Source: Candidatus Wolfebacteria bacterium RIFOXYD12_FULL_48_21
GTDB lineage: Bacteria > Patescibacteriota > Minisyncoccia > UBA6257 > UBA9933
Assembly (NCBI GenBank): GCA_001793945.1
Contig: MGIW01000006.1
Location: forward strand, 70,179-134,178
Direction: 5' to 3'
DNA: 64,000 nucleotides
Both the position numbers and the translations under genes were made by a program. The notes below the pieces were generated by a model. The model had not been told where the DNA came from, did no database searches, and saw nothing but the letters and a program-made list of their open reading frames with translations. Below are positions 9,380 through 19,568 of this stretch, one piece after another (within the stretch, counting starts at the first letter, position 1; every line of letters starts with the position of its first letter).

Positions 9380-9808
9380 TTAGTAAAATCCGCCTAAGGA
9401 ATTTATGTTGTTTTGCTGAGTTTGGATGGATTCCTTGAGCTGTGTAATTCCTGCCCATATTGACCAAGTAAGAAGGACTATAGTGCTAATGAGGAGAATT
9501 ACAGATATAAACCCTATGCGCCGAGCTTTTGGATCCCTTGATCTCATATATGCCACCCCTTGCCAATGTCTGTACGCGAGATAACCGGTAAACGGCATGA
9601 CAATAAGGGTGAAGATATAGAGCCATAGTTGTGCCCAGATAGTCGTAGACAGCGGCACTTCTTCGAGTTTTTTACCGCAGTTCGGACAAAAATAATACTC
9701 AGAAAGAACCGGTTGATGGCATTGGGGGCAGATATTTTTTCGATCGGGAGTAGCTACTGATGGCATCGCTGCGACTTCGGGTTGGTTTGGGGCTTGCGGG
9801 TTATCCAT
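9380..9808 (-). CDS. Zinc-ribbon membrane protein
   Basis: CPQC...CPNCG followed by two TM segments. Confidence 0.75.
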   Translation of the reverse strand: MDNPQAPNQPEVAAMPSVATPDRKNICPQCHQPVLSEYYFCPNCGKKLEEVPLSTTIWAQLWLYIFTLIVMPFTGYLAYRHWQGVAYMRSRDPKARRIGFISVILLISTIVLLTWSIWAGITQLKESIQTQQNNINSLGGFY

Positions 9809-10277
9809 GGTCTATATATTTCAAGAGGCTTTATAGTATAGTATACCTTACTTTTTAAAAAAGGTTTCATGGTGCTGGAGTCAAAGGTGCGTCTAATGGG
9901 GTCGGCCCGTAAATATGAATTTGGTCCGCTAACGCACATTTTGGACAAAAAGTAAATTTTGTGAGTAATGAACAAACGATGGCAGAGGAGGTTGTCATCC
10001 CGGCGGAGGCCGGGATCCAGGTTTGTATGCACTACTTGGATGTTCAGACTCTGGATACCGGCCTCCGCCGGTATGACAGCTTAAACTACTCGATAGAAGT
10101 TTTATTGTCCGGAATGTGCGTTAGTTATGCAGAATTTGACAAAGGAGCATGCAAATGCTTTTATAGTAGCAAATTCTTGGTCGTATGGCTAAGTCGTTTC
10201 TTTCGCCGAAAGGTGGGAAAATAAGGAGGTAAGTGCGTTCCTCTACTAACGCACAAGCACATTGAAAGGAGTGTTGT

Positions 10278-10788
10278 ATGACACAGAAAGAGTTCGAAAT
10301 CGACAACGGGCCGTCAAAGCTCGATCTAATGCTCTCCCTGTTCGACACGGACATGGGCGCGCGGACGGTGAAATTCCATACGCCGGAGTGGGTTCACACC
10401 CATGACGCGCATGCGTTCAGCGTGAAGATCGATTCCGTAAGGAGGCGGGTCCTCGCCGCAAATATTTGGGATATCGAGGGGATTGTGGATACTCCGAAGG
10501 ATTATAAGGGAGAGAATGTCCGAGTTTCCCCTCTATTATCACTCGGATGCCCGCGAAGGTCAGATGCGGTTCGAAGATGAACTTCGGACTCATGGCGTCA
10601 TGGAAACACCAAGCGACTCCAAGCGGGCGCGGGCACTCATGCTTGTCATTCACAAGATGATCGCCATGTATCAGAATAGTCATCACGGCAATCTGAACGA
10701 GGATATCTTCAAGCTTTTCGAGAAAGCAAAAATGGTTAGCTTTGCTGATGATCGCGAGGCTCTCGCTGAGGCCATTGATAACATCTAA
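10278..10788 (+). pseudogene. Hypothetical gene apparently split by a 1-nt frameshift near 10527
   Basis: The overlapping ORFs 10278-10580 and 10483-10788 join if one C is removed from TTTCCCCTC. AAGGAG RBS upstream and a terminator at about 10833-10868. Confidence 0.45.
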
Positions 10789-11134
10789 AAGGTCTACAAT
10801 GTGAACCTGCTGTAGGCCTGAGGAGCACAACCAGGGCGACCAAGGCAATAGCCGAGGTCGCCCTTTTTATCATCGCCAGTGAACGAAGCCCCCCAGTATA
10901 GAGCTACCACTAAATGCCAGTTTGATTTAATTATAACCTGCAGTAAATAAAAATTGCGCCCCAAGGGGCGCAATTGTGGTCGCGGTGCATCGCGTGAGTG
11001 CGTTATACGGGACTTTCGTCCGCAATCTTTATTGCGAGCGCAATGATCATCGAGCGTAGTTTGTCCATTCTCTCTGACGCGAATTGATATTCGTTATGTT
11101 CGCGAAGGGATGGCGACCGCACCATTCTTTTGAT

Positions 11135-11467
11135 TCACTCGTCCATTTTTGCGGGATCGTACTCTTTGATCGCTTTGCCTAACCGCTCCATTGTTTGGAT
11201 CGCGGCCGACCTGTCGATGTTTTCGTTGCAGCTCGGACAGAAAAATTCATTCCCCGATCCGAGCGGATTGGTGACATAGCTGTCGAACCATAATCCCGAT
11301 TTGCATTTGGGACATTGCAGGAGCATGTCATTTTCTTCCGCCATTCGCCAGCAACTTCCTACATCCAGCTCCATGCTCGGAGCGCACGCGCGACCGCCTT
11401 GAATACAGCCCCTGTCTGCGCATCTTCTGTCGCACACATCGAATGCTTTCATCGATAGCCTCCTCAA
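11135..11467 (-). CDS. Hypothetical Cys-rich/zinc-finger protein (start uncertain)
   Basis: CPKC...CPSC plus additional N-terminal Cys residues. Confidence 0.5.
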   Translation of the reverse strand: MRRLSMKAFDVCDRRCADRGCIQGGRACAPSMELDVGSCWRMAEENDMLLQCPKCKSGLWFDSYVTNPLGSGNEFFCPSCNENIDRSAAIQTMERLGKAIKEYDPAKMDE

Positions 11468-11597
11468 TTGGATTGAACTGCTTTCTTTGTTCTGCCTACT
11501 TTATACGATTTATTTGCCGTTTATGTCAATGTTTCAGGATGCCACGAGGGTTTTACCTTGCCCAAGGGGAGGCGAGAGTGTATGATTTAGGAACACT

Positions 11598-13322
11598 ATG
11601 GATAAGAGAATCTTTATCGGGCTTGCGTGGCCGTATGCAAACGGGAGCCTTCATTTGGGACATGTATCGGCGTTTATTGGTGCCGATATTCTTGCGCGGT
11701 ACTATCGGCTTGCCGGCGACCGCGTATTGTTTGTTTCCGGTAGCGATTGCTACGGAACGCCCATTGCCGTGGAGGCGGCGGAAAAAGGCATCCAGCCAGC
11801 TGAAATTGCAAACAAATATCACGAGGAGTTTCGGAAGAACCTCGTAGACGGCATGGGGTTTTCGTACGATATGTATACCCGCACGACGACCGACCAGCAT
11901 GCGAAGGTGGTGCAGGATCTTTTTTTGGAATTGCATAAAAAAGGATTTCTTTACACCAAAACAGAAAAGGCGCTTTATTCGCCGTTGCTCGAGCGTTTTT
12001 TGCCTGATCGTTTTGTAGAGGGCACATGTCCGAAGTGCGGCTATACCGGCGCGCGTGGCGACCAATGCGATGAGTGTGGAACATTGCTTGATCCGCTCGA
12101 ACTGAAGGATCCGCGCATCAATCCGAAGATATTGAACCGCAAAGGGGAGTTGAGCGATACAGACCGTCGGCTTGAGGTGCGGGAGTCGGAACATTTTTAT
12201 TTGAAACTCACCGCTTTGCAGGGGGCACTGGAACAATGGGTCGAAAGCACAAGCGATTCATGGCGCGCAAACGCGAGCGGGTTTGCCAAGAGCTTTTTAA
12301 AACAGGGTTTGCACGATCGCGCCATTACTCGCGACACCGATTGGGGTGTGCCTATTCCGTTGCCGGGCTATGAAACAAAACGCATTTATGTGTGGTTTGA
12401 GGCGGTCGCGGGATACCTTTCCGCATCCATGTTGTGGGCTGAAGAACAAAACACTCCCGATGAATGGAAAGAGTGGTGGCAGAACGAAGAGGCGGTGCAT
12501 TATTATGTGCACGGGAAGGATAACATTCCGTTCCATACGATCATTTGGCCGGCGATTTTGCTTGCGCAGGGTGCGCTGCATACGCCCGACCATATTGTTT
12601 CTTCCGAATATCTTAAACTTGAAGGAAAGCAGTTTTCCAAGAGCAGGGGGTGGGCCGTATGGCTTCCGGAGTTTTTGGAATCGTTCGACCCTGAAACACT
12701 TCGGTATTTTTTGGTCGCGAATGGGCCGGAAACAAGCGATGCTAACTTTATGTGGGCGGAGTATGCCCAACGCGTAAATGGCGAGCTTATCGGTACATTT
12801 GGCAATTTGGTCAACCGCACGCTTTCCATTGCCAAGAGCAAGTTTCCGGAAGGACTTCGGTTTCCAGAGACGGTGGATGCAGAATCCGCCGAACTGCTTG
12901 CCGTTGCGCGCGATGCTTTCCCGAAGGTGGGCGAGCTGATCGAGGCGGGCAAGTTTCGTGCCGCTTTCAGGACGGCATTGGAAGTCGCTGAGCATGGCAA
13001 CCGATATATCAATACAAAAGAACCGTGGAAGAAGATTAAAGATGAGATGAAAAAAGATGAGGTCGAGGGTGATCTCGCAGTGCTTGTTCAAGTAATCCGT
13101 TCGTTGGCCATGTTGGTCAATCCGTTCCTGCCGCGGACATCCGAGAAGATATATGGATTTCTTGGGTTTACCGCTCAAGAGCAAATATGGAAGTACCCAG
13201 AGCCGGAAGCGGCTTGGAAAATCGGCGATGTTACGCCTTTGTATCGCAAGATCGAAGATGCCGACATTGAAGCGCAGTTGGCAAAGCTCGGGAAGCCCGT
13301 TGCGCCGGAGGAGGGTTTGTAA
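11598..13322 (+). CDS. metG: Methionine--tRNA ligase (short form, no C-terminal dimerisation domain)
   Basis: WPYANGSLHLGH, Zn knuckle CPKC...CDEC, YVWFEA, HGKDNIPFH, QFSKS. Confidence 0.97.
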   Translation: MDKRIFIGLAWPYANGSLHLGHVSAFIGADILARYYRLAGDRVLFVSGSDCYGTPIAVEAAEKGIQPAEIANKYHEEFRKNLVDGMGFSYDMYTRTTTDQHAKVVQDLFLELHKKGFLYTKTEKALYSPLLERFLPDRFVEGTCPKCGYTGARGDQCDECGTLLDPLELKDPRINPKILNRKGELSDTDRRLEVRESEHFYLKLTALQGALEQWVESTSDSWRANASGFAKSFLKQGLHDRAITRDTDWGVPIPLPGYETKRIYVWFEAVAGYLSASMLWAEEQNTPDEWKEWWQNEEAVHYYVHGKDNIPFHTIIWPAILLAQGALHTPDHIVSSEYLKLEGKQFSKSRGWAVWLPEFLESFDPETLRYFLVANGPETSDANFMWAEYAQRVNGELIGTFGNLVNRTLSIAKSKFPEGLRFPETVDAESAELLAVARDAFPKVGELIEAGKFRAAFRTALEVAEHGNRYINTKEPWKKIKDEMKKDEVEGDLAVLVQVIRSLAMLVNPFLPRTSEKIYGFLGFTAQEQIWKYPEPEAAWKIGDVTPLYRKIEDADIEAQLAKLGKPVAPEEGL

Positions 13323-13358
13323 TGGATACGGGCACTCCATCTGTTATACTTAGCACAT

Positions 13359-14009
13359 ATGAACAGGCGGCTGATATTTTCATTTCTTTTCGCGATTGTT
13401 GTCGCCTTTTTGTTTTGGTCCTCGAGTCTGTTGCAAAGCGAGTTTTGGCGCGTTGTCGATTTTTTTAATGTGCTTGTTGTGCGGAACGAGCTGCTGGCAA
13501 TGGTTTTGTTCGTTCTTTCTTCGGTTGCGGCGGCACTTGTTAGCCCGCTGACGAACATTCCGCTCGTGCCTATCGCGGTCGTGTTTTGGGGTCCTGCGAT
13601 TACTGCACTGTTGCTGTTGTTCGGTTGGCTCGTGGGCGACATGCTTGCCTACTTTGTCGGGCGCTATTTTGGCAGGCGGGTCGTCTTCTATTTTGTGCAC
13701 GAAGAGCTGTTTGAACAATGGAGCCGTAAGATAAAAGAACACACTACATTTTTGACCGCGCTCCTGTTGCGCTTGGCTTTGCCTGCCGAGCTTGGATATG
13801 CATTCGGTATGGTTCGTTACCCCATAGGTGCGTATGCTCTCATTACCGTTCTATCCGAGCTTCCGTTTGCCATCATTTCCACCTATGCCAGTGAAGCTGT
13901 CTTGCTTGGGAATGCGGTGCAGTTTCTTGGTTTTGCCGGTATATTACTTGGGATCATCTTTATTACGATCAAAATAACGAATACTAACCGAAAGAAGCTT
14001 GCCATATAG
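13359..14009 (+). CDS. VTT/DedA (SNARE-associated) family membrane protein
   Basis: GWLVGDMLAYFVGRYFG and LLLRL motifs, multi-TM. Confidence 0.75.
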   Translation: MNRRLIFSFLFAIVVAFLFWSSSLLQSEFWRVVDFFNVLVVRNELLAMVLFVLSSVAAALVSPLTNIPLVPIAVVFWGPAITALLLLFGWLVGDMLAYFVGRYFGRRVVFYFVHEELFEQWSRKIKEHTTFLTALLLRLALPAELGYAFGMVRYPIGAYALITVLSELPFAIISTYASEAVLLGNAVQFLGFAGILLGIIFITIKITNTNRKKLAI

Positions 14010-14108
14010 CAACACCTTGACTTTTTTGAGAAATGTGTAATAGTAGTGTTAGATAGTCAACGATGTAAATCTACCCGCAACACAACCAAAAAAGTAAGGA
14101 GGTGTACG

Positions 14109-15053
14109 ATGGATTTTACAAAGAGGCTTTTTACAATCTGTTTAATTTTCATTTTCGGCCTGACGGGCTGCGTGACGACCGGGGTCGGAATCGGCGCCAG
14201 TAACGGGACTCAGCCGGTAGCCGGGAATTCCGAGACCGGAGGCACAAAACAGCTGCAAACATGCAATGTTCCTGTTAGCCAGCGGCTGAGCGTTAATCTG
14301 GACCTCGGTGGTGATGCCGATACCCAGATCAAGTATCTGGTCAAGAACGGATTGCCGAGTAATCCGTTACCGGCGATGCGTTTGATCGCGCAGCAGTCCG
14401 GGTGCTTTACCCCGTCTGCCTACACCAAGGCGATGGAACGGGCCGGCCGGAATACGACGGCGGACTATACGCTGTTGGTTGAGATCATTACCAGCAATGA
14501 AAACGAGTCCGGTGGTGGTGCCGCCGGTGCGGCTGCGGGAATCGGGTCTTTGTTTGGTCCCGTCGGCATGGTTGTCGGTGCAATAGCTGGTAGTATCAGG
14601 AAGTCTGAAGCGGGGGTCATCCTTACCATGGTAAGCAACAAGGACGGCGAGCAGATCGCTTCTGCTTCGGGCGTCGCTACGGGGACCAGTTTTGGTCTTG
14701 GCGGTGGCCTTGGTGTTGCCGGTGCCGGCGGTGCAATCGCCGGGGGACTTGGCGGATATGAAAATACCGACCAAGGAAAGGTTATCATCGGCGCCATGAT
14801 CGACGCCGTGAACAAACTTACGCCGATGATCCCGCAGCTGCAGGCCAGCCAACGAGTTGCGCCGGTTGATCGTGCATCCACGAATCTGGTGCAGGACATC
14901 CAGGCCGCGCTTAAGGTCAAAGGGTACTCCGTCTCCGTTGATGGACAGTATGGTCCCATGACCAAGGCTGCCATCGCCGACTGGCAAAAAAAGAACGGTC
15001 TGCCTGCAGACGGCAAGCCCTCTCAGAGCCTTTTGGACGCGATGCGGAAGTAG
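14109..15053 (+). CDS. Lipoprotein with CsgG-like/glycine-zipper region and C-terminal peptidoglycan-binding domain
   Basis: Lipobox LTGC, QQSGCF, Gly-rich segments, IQAALK..GY..VDGQYGPMTKAAIADWQKKNGLPADG. Confidence 0.75.
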   Translation: MDFTKRLFTICLIFIFGLTGCVTTGVGIGASNGTQPVAGNSETGGTKQLQTCNVPVSQRLSVNLDLGGDADTQIKYLVKNGLPSNPLPAMRLIAQQSGCFTPSAYTKAMERAGRNTTADYTLLVEIITSNENESGGGAAGAAAGIGSLFGPVGMVVGAIAGSIRKSEAGVILTMVSNKDGEQIASASGVATGTSFGLGGGLGVAGAGGAIAGGLGGYENTDQGKVIIGAMIDAVNKLTPMIPQLQASQRVAPVDRASTNLVQDIQAALKVKGYSVSVDGQYGPMTKAAIADWQKKNGLPADGKPSQSLLDAMRK

Positions 15054-15169
15054 GCGGCGGGTATTACGTGGGTTTACGGGGGCGTTGCGCGCATGCGCGC
15101 AACGCCCCTTTTTTATTCATAAAAGCACATATAAAAACAGCCCATAGGGCTGTTTTTATATCGAAACTG

Positions 15170-15379
15170 TTAGGCTTCCGATTCTTCCTTTGCAGGGGCT
15201 TCGGTTTCAGCTTCCGGAGAAGTTTCTTCCTTGACCTCTTCTGCGCCTTCGGTCGGCTCTGCCGCTACTTCAGTAGCTTCAGTTGCTTTGGTTTCTTCAA
15301 CCGCTACCGCATCGGCATCGCCGGTTGCAGGTACTACTACTTCTTCGGAAGTTACTCCCGGGTTTGTGGACTGGTCCAT
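15170..15379 (-). CDS. Small acidic low-complexity protein
   Basis: E/A/T-rich 69-aa ORF with a terminator-like hairpin downstream (about 15130-15160). Confidence 0.55.
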   Translation of the reverse strand: MDQSTNPGVTSEEVVVPATGDADAVAVEETKATEATEVAAEPTEGAEEVKEETSPEAETEAPAKEESEA

Positions 15380-15548
15380 AGTATTTAATTCGTTCTATCT
15401 TAAGGGCAATTACAATCACCACTTGCATTACTTTTCGAAGGCAATAGCCTACCATAACACATAACCCTGAGAAAGCAAATTAAAATGGAGATAAAAAAAG
15501 AGGCAGCCGAAGCTGCCCCATTGGTGTGGTTGGGAAGGCGCATACCTA

Positions 15549-16097
15549 TCAACCGTTTTTCCCGACACGATACATTTCAATTTTATGATCGCCTTTCCGT
15601 CCCCAAGACTGAGCGGCGATTCTTCCTGTATCGCTTTCTCCCACGAAAAAGTCGAAGCGGCGGGGGCCTTTTATGCCCCCACCTTTATCTTCGACAGTCC
15701 ATTGACCAAAGTCTTTGCCGTCGATAACGACGCGAAACTTGGTACCCACCGGATTATAGCGTTGATCGGCCGATAAGTGGCCTATCTCCGCGCGTTTTCC
15801 GGAGCTGGTGACCCCTGTTCCATTCAGGCGAATGTCGCCTAAATAAGACCCGGTCACATACTTTCGTTGGCCTTTTACCGGCCTGTAATAGGCTGAAGTA
15901 ACGGCAACGAGGGGGCGTGGCGGGTTATTAGTGGTGCTTTTCGTGATCAAGCCGTATGCTTCGCGGGGAAGCGATGCGTGGCTTGTGGTGTCGGGGGAGC
16001 AAAAAACTGCAAGCAGTGCCATTGCTATGGCGATATATGTTTTCAAGTTTTTGATCCTCCTTCTTCCATATTCAGTTTGTAATGTGCTCTTTTCCAA
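15549..16097 (-). CDS. 3D-domain (MltA-like) cell-wall protein
   Basis: SAYY...TSSG...SAD...GT...VEDKGGGIKG.RRFDFF. Confidence 0.8.
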   Translation of the reverse strand: MEKSTLQTEYGRRRIKNLKTYIAIAMALLAVFCSPDTTSHASLPREAYGLITKSTTNNPPRPLVAVTSAYYRPVKGQRKYVTGSYLGDIRLNGTGVTSSGKRAEIGHLSADQRYNPVGTKFRVVIDGKDFGQWTVEDKGGGIKGPRRFDFFVGESDTGRIAAQSWGRKGDHKIEMYRVGKNG

Positions 16098-16155
16098 ACA
16101 AAAACGGCTCTTGGGGAGCTATTTTTGTATTAAAACTAATATAGCAGAAGGATAG

Positions 16156-17079
16156 TTATTTGTCAATACCCTGTATGTGCTGGTGCAATTCCAAAGGTTT
16201 TTTGCCCTCTATATGGATCTTTTTGATGATCAGTGTGTCTTCCATGGAAATATCCGCTTCCAGTAGTTTGATCCGTTTTTCTTGACCAAAGTGCAGGTTG
16301 CAAATGGACTTGGCTATGGTCCACGTGCCCGGCTCGGGGTTGAGGGCGCGGATCTTGCGCTCAATGGCGAGGGCAATTTCGCCCCCTTCGGAATGGGCCC
16401 GTTCAATGTCGTGAATATCTATGAACGCGTCGTCCGTGGAGAACTTTTTCGTAAAGGTTGCCTTTGTATGGTCTTGTTCCTGCGGAACGATCGTGCCGTC
16501 CACAAGACCGGGGATCGTTTTCGCTACCAGTTCGCCACCTATCTCCGCAAGCTTTTTTGCGAGCTGGGTATAGTTCATGGTTCCGATCTGTACCGTTTCC
16601 TGCGCCACGATGGGGCCGTGATCCATTTTCTCATCGATCATGAACAATGAAACGCCGGTGATGTCTTGCCCGTCGAGTAATGTAGTTTGCATAGGCGAAG
16701 CGCCGCGATATGCGGGAAGAAGTGAAGGGTGCACCCCTATGGTTCCGTGTTTTGGTATATCGAGCACATTTTGCTTGACCAGCTTTGCGTATGCGGCAAT
16801 AACGAACAAGTCGGGTTCAAATGACCTAAGCTGTTCAAGAAACGCATCGTCGAGCGCTTCCGGTTGCAGTAGGGGAATGCTGAGCGTCGGGTCCTGCAAC
16901 TGGTGTTCCATGATAAGTAGTTTGACCGCCGGTGGCGTGACCACTTTTTTGCGTCCGACTGGCCTGTCGGGGTTGCAAACGATCGCGGCAGGAATGATGC
17001 CCCGGTTAAGGAGTTTTTCGAGTACATCTGTGGCGAATTCGGGAGTTCCGAAGAATATGAATCTGGGTTGGGTGGGCAT
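16156..17079 (-). CDS. fmt: Methionyl-tRNA formyltransferase
   Basis: FFGTPEFA, PDRPVGR, VHPSLLPAYRGASP, MDHGP. Confidence 0.95.
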   Translation of the reverse strand: MPTQPRFIFFGTPEFATDVLEKLLNRGIIPAAIVCNPDRPVGRKKVVTPPAVKLLIMEHQLQDPTLSIPLLQPEALDDAFLEQLRSFEPDLFVIAAYAKLVKQNVLDIPKHGTIGVHPSLLPAYRGASPMQTTLLDGQDITGVSLFMIDEKMDHGPIVAQETVQIGTMNYTQLAKKLAEIGGELVAKTIPGLVDGTIVPQEQDHTKATFTKKFSTDDAFIDIHDIERAHSEGGEIALAIERKIRALNPEPGTWTIAKSICNLHFGQEKRIKLLEADISMEDTLIIKKIHIEGKKPLELHQHIQGIDK

Positions 17080-17116
17080 CGTTCTTTTTCAGTTAATTAT
17101 ATGGTATCATTGTATC

Positions 17117-17542
17117 ATGAAATTTTTTATAGCGTCACCATGGAAAAATAAGACGCAGGTCGAGCAGTTGACGGACGAGTTGGAAAAGCTCGGACATTCG
17201 GCATATTCGTATGTTGAAAGCGGCGCCAATTTGTTGACGGGCAAGCCTATCGAGGACGAGATGAAGGAGTTTACCCAGGCGTTGGTCAATTGGAAGGTAG
17301 ATGATCGCATCGCCAAGATCGCCGAATCCGAGGTGCAAGCCATCAAAGATGCCGATGTTGTTATTCTATTGCTTCCGGCGGGCGATTCTTCGCACATGGA
17401 AGCAGGGGTCGGATATGGCCTCGGTAAGCGCATGGTACTGATCGGACCGGTCGAAAAACCGGAAGTCATCTATTTGCTGTTCAACCATGTGTATCTTGAC
17501 ATCAGCTCTTTCCTGCGCGAATTTTCCTTTGTCGCGGAATGA
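17117..17542 (+). CDS. Nucleoside 2-deoxyribosyltransferase-like protein
   Basis: KFFIASPW...AIKDADVVILLLPAG.SSHMEAGVGYGLGK. Confidence 0.7.
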   Translation: MKFFIASPWKNKTQVEQLTDELEKLGHSAYSYVESGANLLTGKPIEDEMKEFTQALVNWKVDDRIAKIAESEVQAIKDADVVILLLPAGDSSHMEAGVGYGLGKRMVLIGPVEKPEVIYLLFNHVYLDISSFLREFSFVAE

Positions 17543-17586
17543 ACCGATCATCCATATAAAAACACCGCTTTTCATGAGCGGTGTTT

Positions 17587-18111
17587 TTATATGTTGACCT
17601 CTTCGTTTTGCGCGGTATTTATTTCTATATTCTGTGCTTTATCGATAAATACAATTCCGTTCAAATGGTCTATCTCATGCTGGAAGATGCGTGCCAGTAA
17701 TCCGGTTGCGCGTATCTTGATGGGTTTTTGGTGTTTGTCGAATCCGGCAACGGTTACTTCCCATGGGCGTGAAACGACCCCGTGCGTACGGGGGACGCTG
17801 AGGCAACCTTCTTCCATGGGGCGCATGTCCTTTGATGCGTCAATGATATTGGGATTGAAGATCGCGTAGAGTTTTGACCGTTTTCCCTGTTTCGGGATTT
17901 CCGCAACAAAGAGCTGTATATCCAGTCCGACCTGATTTGCGCTCAGGCCTACACCATTTGCGCGTTTCATAATAAACCGCATGGTTGCGATGAGTTCGCG
18001 GATTTCTTTTGGCGTGTATTTCGAGAAATCAAAATTGGCCGGATGTGTTCTCAGGAATCTTTCCTCTTGTTTATTGGTTATTATCCAAATTGGTTGGTCT
18101 TTTGATAACAT
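17587..18111 (-). CDS. def: Peptide deformylase
   Basis: GVGLSANQVG, EGCLS, QHEIDHLNG. Confidence 0.97.
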   Translation of the reverse strand: MLSKDQPIWIITNKQEERFLRTHPANFDFSKYTPKEIRELIATMRFIMKRANGVGLSANQVGLDIQLFVAEIPKQGKRSKLYAIFNPNIIDASKDMRPMEEGCLSVPRTHGVVSRPWEVTVAGFDKHQKPIKIRATGLLARIFQHEIDHLNGIVFIDKAQNIEINTAQNEEVNI

Positions 18112-18424
18112 TCTTTTTAACTATTTTCTTTGCAGCCTTCTTTTTTGCCGGTGCCTTTTCCTTTTTCGGCAGGGGGTATCGTTCGTGTAATACTTTCATA
18201 AAATATGCACCCCTGTTGGCGATGTTCTTGCGGTCGGCGACATCCCGCGCGATGGACATAAGAATCGACGCATCGTGCTGTTGTGCGAGTTTTATGTACA
18301 GTGCCTTGTGCGGCCTGTCTCCGAGTATGTCCGCCAGTTGCAGTCCTATGTCTTGAAATTGGCGGTATACATGGGATTGTTTGCCGCGCGCTTTCAGAGT
18401 TTCAAGATAGTCTTTATCGAACAT
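18071..18424 (-). CDS. Hypothetical basic protein
   Basis: ORF overlapping the def start, with a Lys-rich tail. Confidence 0.6.
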   Translation of the reverse strand: MFDKDYLETLKARGKQSHVYRQFQDIGLQLADILGDRPHKALYIKLAQQHDASILMSIARDVADRKNIANRGAYFMKVLHERYPLPKKEKAPAKKKAAKKIVKKNVIKRPTNLDNNQ

Positions 18425-18561
18425 TGACAATAGTATATATTTGTTTTCTAAGTTTGTCCACCCCCCCTCGTGGGATAACCGATAACCAATAACTAATAAC
18501 CTATAACGGGACAACTCTACGAGAATGAATAAAGTGTCATTTTTGTATATACTTAATACAT

Positions 18562-18978
18562 ATGTGGATCATCTATGCCATTCTTTCTGCCATCACTGCG
18601 GCGGGGGTCGCCATTTTTGCAAAGCTTGGGTTGAAGCAGATCGATACCGTGCTTGCCACCACAGTGCGTTCGCTGATCATGGCGGGGTTTTTGATCGTGG
18701 TCAGTTTGCTTCTGAAAAAGTTTGACGGATTTTCGCCGGCTTCATGGAGCGGGCGCGAGTGGGGGTTGATCGTGCTTGCCGGCGTAAGCGGTGCTGTTTC
18801 GTGGCTTTTCTATTTTCTTGCATTGCGGTCGGCTGATGCATCGCGTGTTGCCGCGCTCGATCGTACGAGTCTTGTGTTCGTGGCGTTGCTTGCCGCGGTG
18901 TTTCTTGGCGAGCAGCTAAAAATGAAAGCGATGTTTGGGATCGTGCTTATGGTCATCGGTGCGATATTAATGGTGTAA
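18562..18978 (+). CDS. EamA/DMT family small transporter
   Basis: AIFAKLGL...SWLFYFLAL...ASRVAALDRTS...FLGE. Confidence 0.9.
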   Translation: MWIIYAILSAITAAGVAIFAKLGLKQIDTVLATTVRSLIMAGFLIVVSLLLKKFDGFSPASWSGREWGLIVLAGVSGAVSWLFYFLALRSADASRVAALDRTSLVFVALLAAVFLGEQLKMKAMFGIVLMVIGAILMV

Positions 18979-19033
18979 AAAAATGCAGCCGCTGGTTGGC
19001 GGACTGCATGGGGGGCTTGAAACGGAACAGTGT

Positions 19034-19459
19034 TCAGTCGCTGGGTCCGCGGTCGTTGATGGCTCCCAATTTGCGAGTGAATTCGCTTGCGCAGGCCTCG
19101 GCAATTTCTTGCCAGAGGGGAGGGTCGAGGAGGCGCTGGTTGCACGCTGTTGTTGCGGCATATGCTTCCTCGACATCAGATGCGTCACTACACATTCTCT
19201 CGATTCTTTCCCGGTAGTCGTTCCGGAATGGCGAGAAAATGATCAAGGATTGGATTATCGTATCCTTCATTTCCGTATCACTGGTTTGTTCGGCCACGCT
19301 CATCAACGCGTCAGCCGATTCTTTCGTGCCGATGAGCCCGAGTTGCATCACGGCGAGTGTCGCCGATTCCATGTCGTCTTTATTGGCGATAATGCCCGTT
19401 AAGACGGCGATGCGTTTTTGGATGATTTCGTTGACGATTTCCCTTGGGTCAGTCTGCAC
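19034..19459 (-). CDS. Hypothetical helical (HEAT-like) protein
   Basis: 141-aa ORF with a GGGAGG RBS and AVMQLGLIGTKESADAL. Confidence 0.5.
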   Translation of the reverse strand: MQTDPREIVNEIIQKRIAVLTGIIANKDDMESATLAVMQLGLIGTKESADALMSVAEQTSDTEMKDTIIQSLIIFSPFRNDYRERIERMCSDASDVEEAYAATTACNQRLLDPPLWQEIAEACASEFTRKLGAINDRGPSD

Positions 19460-19568
19460 TGGCGTATCCTCCCGTATAAAATTAGTTGGTTAACTGCTGT
19501 TATTTGTATAGCAATATGGGGTGTATTTGTAAAGACCGCACGCCTTGGGCGTGCGGTCTTTACATGCA

